A model generated the notes under the pieces. The model searched no databases and was not told the DNA's origin. It was given only the letters and a program-made list of their open reading frames with translations. 64,000 bases of DNA from an uncultured Candidatus Saccharibacteria bacterium (GTDB lineage: Bacteria; Patescibacteriota; Minisyncoccia; 2-02-FULL-40-12; GWA2-44-9): assembly GCA_964488565.1 (NCBI GenBank), contig CAZAUE010000002.1, positions 40,048 through 104,047 on the forward strand, in the 5' to 3' direction. This document shows, piece by piece, positions 17,531-27,533 of the stretch (position 1 is its first letter; every line of letters begins with the position of its first letter). The position numbers and the translations under genes were made by a program.

Positions 17531-18616
17531 ATGTTTAATCTTTTTAAAGAAAAAGGCAAACTCGGCATCGACATCGGGACAGCTGCCATCAAAATTGTTG
17601 AACTTGATAAATCAGGCGGTCGTTTTGCTTTAAAAAATTACGGCCTTTTTGAACTAAAAGGCACAGACGTCCAATCATCCGGACCAGGCATGGGTCAGAG
17701 TATTTTGAAACTACCAGATCAAGAAATTATTTGGGGATTAAAAGAGTTAATAAGAAAAAGCAATATTAAATCCACAGACGCCATAGCCTCGATTCCATCT
17801 TTTTCAACTTTTACAACAATTATTGAGGTACCATATCTTTCAGAACAAGAATTGGCCAAGTCCTTACCTTTTGAAGCTCGCAAATATATTCCGATACCTC
17901 TGGATGAAGTTATTCTTGATTGGTCTATTATTGATATTACGAATCCGACTGTTTCAAAAGTTGTTGGTTCGGTTCCAAAACCGACCACAGTACAAGTATT
18001 TCTTGCTGCCGTACCAAAGGATGAGACTGAAAAGTATAGAAGAATAATGAAAGGTGCTGGATTAAACCTAAAAGCTCTTGAGTTGGAAAACACTGCTCTC
18101 ATTAGAGCTCTCCTTGGAAATGACCTGTCCCCAACAGCCATAGTAAACATTGGGGGGCGCAGCACTTCAATTGTTATCGTTGATAAGGGGTACGAACGAG
18201 TAAGTCATAATTATGAAATAGGTGGTTTTGAAATAACGAAGTCCATTGCCCGTTCTTTAAATGTAAGCATTGAGAAAGCGGAAGAGTTAAAAAGAAAGAT
18301 GGGTATGAATAAGGCCGATGAAAATATTGTTAACGAGGCCATGGTTTCTTTGATTGATATGATGGTTTTTGAAACCAAAAAAACTATCAGCAACTATGAA
18401 GGTGCCAAAAAACAAAAAATATCTAGGGTTCTCCTTGTTGGGGGATTGACCAATATGCCCAGCTTCGTAGATTACTTTAAACAAAAACTGAATATGGATG
18501 TTTATGGCGCTAATGCTTTTGCAAGAATTATTTACCCCGAACAATTAAAGCCCGTCATTCAAGAATTGGCCAACACATTTTCTATCGCCGCGGGCCTTGC
18601 CATGAGAGATATCTAA
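17531..18616 (+). CDS. pilM: Type IV pilus assembly protein PilM
   Basis: LGIDIGTAAIKIVEL, FEARKYIP, actin-like fold motifs. Confidence 0.92.
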   Translation: MFNLFKEKGKLGIDIGTAAIKIVELDKSGGRFALKNYGLFELKGTDVQSSGPGMGQSILKLPDQEIIWGLKELIRKSNIKSTDAIASIPSFSTFTTIIEVPYLSEQELAKSLPFEARKYIPIPLDEVILDWSIIDITNPTVSKVVGSVPKPTTVQVFLAAVPKDETEKYRRIMKGAGLNLKALELENTALIRALLGNDLSPTAIVNIGGRSTSIVIVDKGYERVSHNYEIGGFEITKSIARSLNVSIEKAEELKRKMGMNKADENIVNEAMVSLIDMMVFETKKTISNYEGAKKQKISRVLLVGGLTNMPSFVDYFKQKLNMDVYGANAFARIIYPEQLKPVIQELANTFSIAAGLAMRDI

Positions 18617-18658
18617 TGTTGATAACAAGTTTAGTCTATTAAGGTATACTTTATTAAG

Positions 18659-19213
18659 ATGCCAGATCAAGGTGGATTACAATTGCTTCCCGAGACAAGG
18701 AGAAAGATAGATGTAAAAGTTCCGGGAGAAAACAGACTTCTTTACTCAGGAGTCGCTATTTTTGTCTTAATTCTTATTGCCATAGGTGGTCTTTATTTTT
18801 ACAAGAACACCATGGAAAACAAGTTGGTAGAATTAGATGCGCAAATACTAGACCTTGAGAAAGCTCGAGACAAAAACGTTGAGACAAATCTTTTAGTCCT
18901 AAACAAACAGTTGTCCCTTATCTCAACTCTTCTTGATTCGCATATTGTTTGGTCAAAAGCATTTGGTAAGGTTGAGAGTTTATTACATCCACAAGTTCAG
19001 TTCCTAACTTTTGCTGCTGCTGTTTCTGATAATAGGTTTGAGTTTAAAGCTCTAGCTCCAAATTATACCGTAGTAGCAAAACAAATGGCCGCCCTTGTTT
19101 CAGACGATTCAATAAAAGATTTGGCCCTTATCAATGTTCACGTCTTAACTTCAGGAAAATTAGAATTCAGTATTAAGATAGAATTTGATAAAACTAAATT
19201 CATAAAAGAATGA
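18659..19213 (+). CDS. PilN-like protein
   Basis: LQLLP motif, TM segment, coiled coil; follows pilM. Confidence 0.7.
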   Translation: MPDQGGLQLLPETRRKIDVKVPGENRLLYSGVAIFVLILIAIGGLYFYKNTMENKLVELDAQILDLEKARDKNVETNLLVLNKQLSLISTLLDSHIVWSKAFGKVESLLHPQVQFLTFAAAVSDNRFEFKALAPNYTVVAKQMAALVSDDSIKDLALINVHVLTSGKLEFSIKIEFDKTKFIKE

Positions 19214-19737
19214 ACAAAAACTACACCGGAGCAGGATTGATAGCCATAACCATTGTTTTGTTTTGGGCAATGGCTTTTCCAACCTATAACAGAATTTCTG
19301 ACCTAGATGTTGCCATTAAAGAACGAGAAGAGCTTTTAAGTTCCAGAAACACAATCATCGCTAATATAAAAAAATTAAATACTGAATACCAAAAAAGGAT
19401 TCCTGAAATCACCAAGCTGTCAGCAATTGTCCCTTCAAAGAAAAGTGTCGCTGAAATCTTATCAGCCATTAATGATGTGTCCGCAAAAAATGGAGTTGAA
19501 CTGTTTAGCTCGTCAATAATCGGCCAAAAAACATCTAACGCAGATGCTAGTCCTTTTAATCTTTTGTCTTTGGACATTGGTCTGAATGGAACCTACCCCG
19601 GCTTAACTAATTTCCTTAGAGGTTTAGAAAAAAACCTACGACTTGTAGACATAACATCGGTTGATGCAGCGGTCGGAACAGGGACAATTTCAGTTTTAAA
19701 TTTCACAATTAAAGGAAACGCGTATTATTTAAAATAA
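19210..19737 (+). CDS. pilO: PilO-like protein
   Basis: TM, coiled coil, GTYPGLTNFLRGLEKNLRLVDI. Confidence 0.8.
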   Translation: MNKNYTGAGLIAITIVLFWAMAFPTYNRISDLDVAIKEREELLSSRNTIIANIKKLNTEYQKRIPEITKLSAIVPSKKSVAEILSAINDVSAKNGVELFSSSIIGQKTSNADASPFNLLSLDIGLNGTYPGLTNFLRGLEKNLRLVDITSVDAAVGTGTISVLNFTIKGNAYYLK

Positions 19738-20021
19738 TGGCTCCACAACAATCAAACAACCAGAACACACTTATAATAGCCTTAATATTGGTGGCCGGTT
19801 TCGCTGTGGGATATTTTTACTACTCACAATGGGTAGTTCCAGCAAGAGTCCTTATTGATCCACCTCCAGTAGCGGCAAGAGACGATCTTAAAAAATTTGA
19901 GAATTTAAAAATAGATTTTTCAATATTAGACAATAAAAAATACAAAGCCTTAGAAATTTTTGGAGAGTCACCTGTAAATCCTGGAGTTACAGGAAAGAGA
20001 GATATTTTTGCCCCGATTTAA
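19737..20021 (+). CDS. Small membrane protein of the pilus operon (PilP position)
   Basis: Single TM, C-terminal GKRDIFAP; translationally coupled. Confidence 0.65.
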   Translation: MAPQQSNNQNTLIIALILVAGFAVGYFYYSQWVVPARVLIDPPPVAARDDLKKFENLKIDFSILDNKKYKALEIFGESPVNPGVTGKRDIFAPI

Positions 20022-20123
20022 GCATTTGTCCAAAAGCGAAGCGATTGGCTACAAATGCTTACCCGCCTAAGGCGGGTGACAAGTTTATAACTATTCGCTT
20101 CGCTCATAGATAAACATGTCATG
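20019..20123 (+). repeat. Three-hairpin stop-to-start intercistronic element, copy A
   Basis: Same architecture as 50885-50990, with compensatory stem changes. Confidence 0.8.
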
Positions 20124-21875
20124 CCGATAAAAATACCCCAAACTCTTATAGACGAATTAGTTCGTCTTAATGTAATCACGACAGAAGACATCGCGCCTTT
20201 TTCAGATCTGGCCCAAAACGAGAACAAAGATTTTGGTCAAATTTTAATAGACAAAGCACTTATATCTGATCCAGACCTTCTGGTGTTAAAATCAAAGCTT
20301 TACCACTTACCCACCGTTGACCTAGAAGGATATGAATTTAATCGTGAAGTTTTAAAAGAATTTTCCGAAGATATTGTTAATTTTTACAGAATTGCCCCAT
20401 TTGAAAAAGAGGGGAATGTGTTGAAGGTGGCCATAATTAATCCGGAAGCCATTGATGCTCTTGAGGCTTTAAAATTTATAGCAGAGGATAAACAATTAGT
20501 ACTAGATAAATATTTAGTAAGTTATCGTGATTTTGAAACAATCATTAGAAACTATAGAACCTTGTCAGGTGAAGTTGGTAAGGCTCTTGAATCCCTAACC
20601 GAAGAAAAGGCCGGAGAAGAAGAAGGGGGCGCTATTAAATCCATTGAAGACATCACAGCTGAGGCACCTGTGTCCAAAATAGTAGCCGTCTTAGTAAAAC
20701 ATGCCGTTGAATCAAGAGCTTCTGATATTCACATTGAACCATTTGAGGATAGGGTTAGAACACGTTTCAGAATTGATGGCATTCTTGTCACGACACTAAC
20801 GTTGCCAAAAGCTCTCCAATCAGCAGTCGTAACTCGCATCAAAATATTATCTGATTTAAAAATAGACGAAACTCGCCTAGCTCAAGATGGAAGATTTTCT
20901 ACCAAACTTGGTACGCGCAGAGTAGATTTTCGTGTTTCAACATTTCCTACAAAAAACGGAGAAAAGGTTGTAATGCGTATTTTGGATCCTCTGACAGGTA
21001 AAGTTGAGTTGGCAGACTTGGGATTAGATGGAAGATCAGAAGAAGTAATACAAAAAGCGATGGATAAACCTTTTGGAAGCATCCTCATAACTGGTCCAAC
21101 GGGTTCGGGTAAATCCACAACCTTGGCCGGAATGCTTAAAAGAATGAACAGTGAAGACGTAAACATTGTTACCCTTGAAGATCCAATTGAATACTTTGTT
21201 GATGGAGTTAACCAATCCCAAGTTCACGAAGAAATTGGGTACACCTTCGCTAGTGGTTTACGTCACATTTTGAGGCAAGACCCTGATGTTATTGTGGTGG
21301 GAGAGATAAGAGACAGAGAAACAGCAAGCTTGGCCACTCAAGCTGCTTTGACTGGCCACATCGTTCTTTCAACCCTACATACTAACGACGCTTTAGGGGT
21401 CGTCCCTCGTTTAATAGATATGGGCGTTGAGAAATATTTAATTCCATCAACTTTAAATGTTGCTGCTGCTCAAAGACTATTGCGACGATTATGTGCAGAA
21501 TGCAAACTTGAAGTTAAGGCTAACACCGCCGAAGAGCAAATGATAACTACGGCAATCCTTGATATGCCTGATAGCTATCAAAAAGAGCATCTTTCCAAGT
21601 CTGGCTACACCATACACAAACCAAATCTAGAAAATCCGTGCAAAAAATGTGGAGGTAAGGCTTTTAAGGGCCGAATAGCTATCTTTGAAATGTTGGAAAT
21701 GAGTGATGATCTGGAAAAAATAATTTTGGGAGATATCTCTGAATCAGCTCTTCGTGCAGAGGCGAAAAAGCAAGGAATGATTACAATGTTTCAAGATGGA
21801 ATTTTGAAAGTATTAAAAGGGGTAGTATCATTAGAGGAGTTACTTGAGATTGCTCAAGCAGGCGATAGTGCATAA
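20121..21875 (+). CDS. pilB: Type IV pilus extension ATPase PilB/GspE
   Basis: ASDIHIEP, TGPTGSGKSTT, LRQDPDVIVVGEIRD, tetracysteine motif. Confidence 0.93.
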   Translation: MPIKIPQTLIDELVRLNVITTEDIAPFSDLAQNENKDFGQILIDKALISDPDLLVLKSKLYHLPTVDLEGYEFNREVLKEFSEDIVNFYRIAPFEKEGNVLKVAIINPEAIDALEALKFIAEDKQLVLDKYLVSYRDFETIIRNYRTLSGEVGKALESLTEEKAGEEEGGAIKSIEDITAEAPVSKIVAVLVKHAVESRASDIHIEPFEDRVRTRFRIDGILVTTLTLPKALQSAVVTRIKILSDLKIDETRLAQDGRFSTKLGTRRVDFRVSTFPTKNGEKVVMRILDPLTGKVELADLGLDGRSEEVIQKAMDKPFGSILITGPTGSGKSTTLAGMLKRMNSEDVNIVTLEDPIEYFVDGVNQSQVHEEIGYTFASGLRHILRQDPDVIVVGEIRDRETASLATQAALTGHIVLSTLHTNDALGVVPRLIDMGVEKYLIPSTLNVAAAQRLLRRLCAECKLEVKANTAEEQMITTAILDMPDSYQKEHLSKSGYTIHKPNLENPCKKCGGKAFKGRIAIFEMLEMSDDLEKIILGDISESALRAEAKKQGMITMFQDGILKVLKGVVSLEELLEIAQAGDSA

Positions 21876-21876
21876 C

Positions 21877-22944
21877 ATGATTGATTCAAAAAAATATTTA
21901 GAAGAATTACTTTTAACAACCGCTCAGCAAGGAGCGACTGATTTACATTTATCTCCCGGACACTATCCAACAATAAGAATAGACAGTCGCCTAATAATGC
22001 TAAATCAGCAGAAGATTTTAGATCGAGAAACCTTAGAAGGTTTAATTTTCGCTCTTTTGGGAGAAGAACGTAAGGCCAGATTTCTTTCAGAAAAAGAGTT
22101 GGATTTTTCCTATGAATTAGAGGGGCAGAACAGATTCAGGGTGGATGCATATCAAACTAAGGGTGGTTTAGCCGCCTCTTTAAGATTGATTCCCAACGAG
22201 GTCAAAACAATTGATGAGTTAAACCTGCCCCAAATAACCAAAATATTCTCAAAATTGTCTCAGGGTTTCGTTTTGGTTGTAGGACCAAATGGTCACGGTA
22301 AATCCACGACACTGGCAGCCATAGTGGACATGATAAACAAAGAGCGCGCTGAAAAGATCGTAACCATCGAAGATCCGATTGAATACATTTTTACACCCAA
22401 CAAAAGCATCATAGATCAAAGAGAGGTTTACCAAGATACATTTTCTTTTCATAAAGCCATCCGATCAACCTTTAGGCAGAATGCCAATGTTATTATGGTA
22501 GGGGAGGTAAGAGACTATGAAACCATGAGTGCAGTGGTAACTGCGGCAGAAACAGGACACTTAGTTTTAACTTCATTGCACACCAACAGTGCCTCTCAGA
22601 CGATTGAAAGAATTATTGATAGTTTTCCACCCAACCAAGAATCTCAAATCAGAAATCAACTCGCCAACACCATCTCGGGTATAATTTCACAAAGATTAAT
22701 ACCAAGAATAAAGGGTGGCCTTATTCCCGCAGTAGAAGTCATGATTGCTACTCCAGCAATCAGAACCCTCATTCGAGATAATCGCCCAAGACAAATGGAC
22801 ATGGTTATTGAGACCAGCCAAGACATCGGAATGATAAGTCTAGACAGGTCATTAGCAGATCTTGTCAGAAGAAAAGAAATTAGCTGGGAAAGAGCGGAGT
22901 TCTATTCAGTTAATCAGGCCGAATTAAAAAACTTGTTACAATAA
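21877..22944 (+). CDS. pilT: Retraction ATPase PilT
   Basis: GPNGHGKSTT, TIEDPIE, AAETGHLV, AIRTLIRD; likely ATG at 21877. Confidence 0.92.
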   Translation: MIDSKKYLEELLLTTAQQGATDLHLSPGHYPTIRIDSRLIMLNQQKILDRETLEGLIFALLGEERKARFLSEKELDFSYELEGQNRFRVDAYQTKGGLAASLRLIPNEVKTIDELNLPQITKIFSKLSQGFVLVVGPNGHGKSTTLAAIVDMINKERAEKIVTIEDPIEYIFTPNKSIIDQREVYQDTFSFHKAIRSTFRQNANVIMVGEVRDYETMSAVVTAAETGHLVLTSLHTNSASQTIERIIDSFPPNQESQIRNQLANTISGIISQRLIPRIKGGLIPAVEVMIATPAIRTLIRDNRPRQMDMVIETSQDIGMISLDRSLADLVRRKEISWERAEFYSVNQAELKNLLQ

Positions 22945-22945
22945 T

Positions 22946-24154
22946 ATGAATTTTTTATACAAAATCAAAACCCAAAGCGGTGAAATAATAGAAGGGAAAA
23001 TAGAAGCTCCAGATGAAAACGTAGCAGTTAATACTCTTCAAAGTAAGGGTTACTTAATTTTATCCATTAAACAACTAGAAGGGGATATTTTTTCAATAGA
23101 TTTAAATAAGTACTTTCAAAAACCCACAAATAAAGACGTTGTTATTTTTACTCGCCAACTTTCAACACTAATAGATGCCGACATGCCTTTGGCTGAAGGA
23201 TTGAGAACTCTGGCTCGTCAATTCGAAAAACCCACCTTAAGAAAAATATTATCAGAAATATCTGATGCGGTTGAAGGGGGTTCTTCTTTGTCGAATGCGT
23301 TGGCTGTTCACCCTGAGCAATTTTCCTCTTTTTACATCAAACTTGTTCAATCAGGAGAAGTGTCCGGAAAACTTCATGAGGCATTACTTTATTTAGCTGA
23401 TCACCTTGAAAGAAGTCAGGAAATAAATTCAAAAATAAAAGGCGCGTTGGCCTATCCAGCATTCGTAGTTTTTGCCCTTATTGTTGTTACTGGCATTATG
23501 GTTGTTTATGTTTTGCCTCAATTATTAGCTATTTTTAAAGATGTCGGCGCTAATGACCTACCACTAACCACGCGGGCTTTGATTTGGGTAACTACTTTTG
23601 TTAATGATTATCTTTATTACCTTGCTGGTTTAATTTTTGGATCCCTTTTCTTCGGGTGGCAATATATTAAAACACCTGGAGGTAAAACCGCGTTTGATAA
23701 TTTCAAAATAAACATGCCAGCATTAGGAACAGTAGTTAGGAATCTATATCTGGCCAGAATATCAGAGAGTTTGTCTACCCTGATTAAATCGGGAATACCA
23801 ATCCTAGATACCATCCACATCACATCTGATCTTGTTGGTAATGAAAATTATAGAAGAATTCTCCTTGATGCTGAAGAAAATGTCAGAGGAGGAGGAACCA
23901 TTTCTGATGTGTTTATTAAATACAAAGAAATCCCACCACTAATGTCCTCCATGGTGGCAATAGGGGAGAAGACTGGAAAATTAGATTTTATGCTTGAACA
24001 TATTTCTAAATTTTATAAATCTGAATCCGATACAACCATAGACAACATAGCCACATTGATTGAGCCTATCTTAGTATTGGTTCTTGGTGTCGCTGTGGCA
24101 GTTTTGGTGTCCGCAATTTTGCTCCCAATATATAATCTAGTAAACGTAACCTAG
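22946..24154 (+). CDS. pilC: Type IV pilus platform protein PilC/GspF
   Basis: FTRQLSTLI, GEVSGKL, ALAYP, GEKTGKLD, LIEP. Confidence 0.93.
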   Translation: MNFLYKIKTQSGEIIEGKIEAPDENVAVNTLQSKGYLILSIKQLEGDIFSIDLNKYFQKPTNKDVVIFTRQLSTLIDADMPLAEGLRTLARQFEKPTLRKILSEISDAVEGGSSLSNALAVHPEQFSSFYIKLVQSGEVSGKLHEALLYLADHLERSQEINSKIKGALAYPAFVVFALIVVTGIMVVYVLPQLLAIFKDVGANDLPLTTRALIWVTTFVNDYLYYLAGLIFGSLFFGWQYIKTPGGKTAFDNFKINMPALGTVVRNLYLARISESLSTLIKSGIPILDTIHITSDLVGNENYRRILLDAEENVRGGGTISDVFIKYKEIPPLMSSMVAIGEKTGKLDFMLEHISKFYKSESDTTIDNIATLIEPILVLVLGVAVAVLVSAILLPIYNLVNVT

Positions 24155-24238
24155 TGTATTGCCCCATATCAAACACCTTATCTTAATGTTGATAACTAGA
24201 GTTTGTTAACATAATAATTTAAGTTGTATACTTAGTGT

Positions 24239-24727
24239 ATGAAAAATAAAAACCAAAAAGGTTTCACATTGGTCGAATTGCTAGTCGTCATTGCTATTAT
24301 TGGTATCTTGGCCACACTACTTTTGCTTCAATTAGGTGTTGCCAGACAAAGAGCAAGAGATGCAAAGAGAATTGTTGACGTAAGCCAGGTAAGAACCGCA
24401 GCGGAACTCTACTTTGACGATTCAGGTCAATATCCTCAGGTTGCAACTTGGGCTGCTTTGGCTGCACTTTTTGTTCCTAAGTACATGACCCAACTTCCAT
24501 CAGATCCATTAAACAACGGCAATTACACTTACAATTATGCCTACAGTGGACTGACAAAATATCACATGTGGGCTGAGCTTGAACAGTCTGCCGCCGCCCT
24601 AAAAAGCGATGCGGATATTGATTCTACTGGATGGACAGGACAAACCCAAAACGGAGCTGACGCTAATGGTGTCAACTGCACAACAGCTGCCATAGATTGT
24701 GTCTACGACCAAGGTCAAAGCCAATAG
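24239..24727 (+). CDS. Type IV pilin (probable major pilin)
   Basis: KGFTLVELLVVIAIIGILA class III signal; own terminator. Confidence 0.9.
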   Translation: MKNKNQKGFTLVELLVVIAIIGILATLLLLQLGVARQRARDAKRIVDVSQVRTAAELYFDDSGQYPQVATWAALAALFVPKYMTQLPSDPLNNGNYTYNYAYSGLTKYHMWAELEQSAAALKSDADIDSTGWTGQTQNGADANGVNCTTAAIDCVYDQGQSQ

Positions 24728-24740
24728 AATGATCTCTCAA

Positions 24741-24770
24741 ACAAAACTCCGCTAGTAGCGGAGTTTTGTT
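24741..24770. terminator. Intrinsic terminator after the pilin gene
   Basis: acaaaactccgcta-g-tagcggagttttgt followed by T tract. Confidence 0.75.
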
Positions 24771-24823
24771 TTTATCTCCACATCCATGAGTAGGCGTGGA
24801 GATAAATCTGATATAATTAACCC

Positions 24824-25576
24824 ATGGACATTTTCTTTATCTTTTTGATCGGATTAATCATTGGGAGTTTTTTAAACGTCGTTATTTTTAGATTAGATAA
24901 AAAGGGCGGTATTTTGATGGGTCGGTCTGAGTGTCCTAAGTGTCTAGAACGACTTAAATGGTATGACCTACTTCCTGTTTTAAGTTATGTGTTTTTAAAA
25001 GGAAAGTGCCGAAGTTGTAAAAACAAAATATCCAAAATCTATCCTCTAACCGAGATAGTCACTGCATTTTCTTTTTCATTGTTTTACCTAATATATAAAC
25101 CCACAATTGGGATAACTGATTTTTATTTCCTGCTGATTATAACCTCTTTCGTTGTTTTGGTCTTTTTTGATTATCTTTATTTTTTAATTCCAGACAAGAT
25201 AGTTTTACCACTAATCATTATTGCGTCTTTATATAATTATTTTTTCAGACAACCAGATTTTATAAGCTTATTATTATCCGCTTTAGTCATGGGCGGTATT
25301 TTTGCTATAATACACTTATCCTCTAGGGGGGAGTGGATGGGCTTTGGAGATGCCAAGCTTATGTTCTTGATTGGATTGGTACTTGGCTATCCTTTGGGAT
25401 TTTTAGCTCTGATACTATCAGTTTGGACGGCAGCATTGGTGGGGATCGTCTTAATGCTACTTGGAAGAGCTAATCGTAAAACTGCTTTACCTTTCGGTTC
25501 TTTCTTGGCCGGAATTTCAATTATAATAATTATTTTTCAAAATGAACTACAAAAAATTACTAATCAGTTTTTTTAA
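24824..25576 (+). CDS. pilD: Prepilin peptidase
   Basis: GSFLNVVIFR, RSECPKC, KGKCRSC, MGFGDAK, LPFG. Confidence 0.93.
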   Translation: MDIFFIFLIGLIIGSFLNVVIFRLDKKGGILMGRSECPKCLERLKWYDLLPVLSYVFLKGKCRSCKNKISKIYPLTEIVTAFSFSLFYLIYKPTIGITDFYFLLIITSFVVLVFFDYLYFLIPDKIVLPLIIIASLYNYFFRQPDFISLLLSALVMGGIFAIIHLSSRGEWMGFGDAKLMFLIGLVLGYPLGFLALILSVWTAALVGIVLMLLGRANRKTALPFGSFLAGISIIIIIFQNELQKITNQFF

Positions 25577-25970
25577 GAAACCAGTCTTTGCTCAAATTAT
25601 TCTTTTAATAGCCCTACTGGGGGTGGCTTCTTTCCTTAAACTATCTTTTAATTTTTCAGGTGACTCTGCACCGGAACTAGCTACATTGTTTATAAATTTT
25701 GAAACAGAAAAAAGATTCTTTGAGGGTGAAGTGACTGACAATATGACAGTGTTGGATGCGCTTAACGCTGCAGTTTCAATTGGAAAAATTAAATTTAATT
25801 ATGCTATTAACGAATCCTCCGATGTAAGTGTTCTAGAGATAGATGGTCACACAAACGGGGCTGGTAACAAATACTTTGTTTTTTATCTTAACTCCAGAAA
25901 AATTCCCGTTCAAGACCTAAACAAGAAAGAAGTTCGCGGCGGAGATAGGATAGAAATTATAAATGAATAA
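25542..25970 (+). CDS. DUF4430-like (beta-grasp) membrane-anchored protein
   Basis: TVLDAL, VLEIDGHTN, YFVFYLN, GDRIEI pattern. Confidence 0.6.
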   Translation: MNYKKLLISFFKKPVFAQIILLIALLGVASFLKLSFNFSGDSAPELATLFINFETEKRFFEGEVTDNMTVLDALNAAVSIGKIKFNYAINESSDVSVLEIDGHTNGAGNKYFVFYLNSRKIPVQDLNKKEVRGGDRIEIINE

Positions 25971-26517
25971 TTTAAAATTAAAAACCGAAAACACGAAAAC
26001 TGGTTTTACTCTGATTGAGGTCGTGGTGGTAGCCACAATAACCGCGATTATTAGTACTTTTATGCTTCTAAGTTTTCAAAGAACTCGCTTAGACTTAAAC
26101 GAAAGTACTACTGTTATCATAGCAGACCTAAGGTCTGCTCAGTCCAAAGCTCTTGCAAGCACAAAGTATGACAGTGGCTCTGGGTCCAAAATAAGGTGTG
26201 GCTATGGAGTTCATTACATCAACACAACTTCATATTCTATCTATGTTGGCCCTGACGCAAGTTCAGGTGATTGTAAATCACTGAACAGAAATCTTGACGG
26301 CGCAGATTCAGTAATTGCAACTAAAATTTTTAGTAACGAAAAGGTTGAATTTAAAGGTAGTTTCAGTGACATATTCTGGGAACCGCCTCATCCCTATACC
26401 TACATTAGCAATTCTTCATCGAGTGCCTCTGTAACTATCACAATCGGCAAAAAGGGCGGTGTCTGTCCTGGAGATTGTAAAACTATAAATGTATCAACAT
26501 CTGGAAAAATTGAATAA
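25963..26517 (+). CDS. Minor pilin (FimU/GspH-like)
   Basis: GFTLIEVVVV prepilin motif. Confidence 0.85.
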   Translation: MNNLKLKTENTKTGFTLIEVVVVATITAIISTFMLLSFQRTRLDLNESTTVIIADLRSAQSKALASTKYDSGSGSKIRCGYGVHYINTTSYSIYVGPDASSGDCKSLNRNLDGADSVIATKIFSNEKVEFKGSFSDIFWEPPHPYTYISNSSSSASVTITIGKKGGVCPGDCKTINVSTSGKIE

Positions 26518-27001
26518 TAATTCATCATTAAGATCATCTAAAGGATTCACCTTAATTGAGGCTTTAGTGTCCTTGGTTGTCTTAACTGTCGCGTTGGGGC
26601 CAGCATTAGTTCTCTCTAGTAATATTTCTTCTACCGCGTCCATCATCCAAAACAACTTAGTTGCGGCCAACCTTTCCCAGGAAGGTCTTGAGGTCATCCG
26701 AGCACTAAGAGATGCTAATTGGTATAACGGATTGTCTTTTGATTCTGGACTACCTGATGGAATTTACAGAATTGACTGGAATTCAATTGATCTTATTTCT
26801 TTAGGAGGCAATCCGCCCCTTAAAATAACAAATGGTCTATATAACTATTCCTCAGGGGCAGATACGATATTCAGAAGAACTATAACCATAACAAAAATAA
26901 ACTCTGAAGAATTAAGAATTATAAGCGAGGTCAACTGGACAGAAAGGGGGGAAAGGGCAAGAAGTGTAAAAGCCGAATCACATTTGTTTGATTGGAAATA
27001 A
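26489..27001 (+). CDS. Minor pilin (PilV-like)
   Basis: KGFTLIEALVS, ANLSQEGLEVIR. Confidence 0.85.
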   Translation: MYQHLEKLNNNSSLRSSKGFTLIEALVSLVVLTVALGPALVLSSNISSTASIIQNNLVAANLSQEGLEVIRALRDANWYNGLSFDSGLPDGIYRIDWNSIDLISLGGNPPLKITNGLYNYSSGADTIFRRTITITKINSEELRIISEVNWTERGERARSVKAESHLFDWK

Positions 27002-27533
27002 AATTATGAAAAGTCATAAAAATGAAAATGGTTTTACTTTAGTAGAAGTTTTAGTGACTTCTTTGATTTTTTCAATAATCGCACTGAGTGTTAATGCTAT
27101 TTTTGTACAGATTATAAATTTGCAAAGACGAGGGTTTGCTGTTCAAAAAATTCAGGACAATTCTCTTTTAGCACTAGAGGAGATGTCCAGAGACATAAGA
27201 GTAAGTAGGATTTCTGACCAAGAATCTTCTGGTTGCACTGCGACCACCATAACTCTCACACACCCAACAAAAGGAGCCGTGATTTATCGAACAAACGGTG
27301 GAATAGTTCAGAGAAGTGTTGGAGGCGGAAGCTATGAAGATGTTAGTGGTTCCAATGTTAATTTCACCAGAATGAATTTCTGCATTATTGGATCTTTGAC
27401 CAATGACAACCAGAGCCCGCGAGTATCCGTAGTTGCTTCTGTTCAAAATCGAACAGGTAAAGACATACTGCAAATAAACATCCAAACAACTACCACTTCT
27501 AGAAATGTGGCAGATGAGTTTCAAAATCCATGA
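26988..27533 (+). CDS. Minor pilin (PilW-like)
   Basis: NGFTLVEVLV, LEEMSRDIR. Confidence 0.85.
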   Translation: MIGNKIMKSHKNENGFTLVEVLVTSLIFSIIALSVNAIFVQIINLQRRGFAVQKIQDNSLLALEEMSRDIRVSRISDQESSGCTATTITLTHPTKGAVIYRTNGGIVQRSVGGGSYEDVSGSNVNFTRMNFCIIGSLTNDNQSPRVSVVASVQNRTGKDILQINIQTTTTSRNVADEFQNP

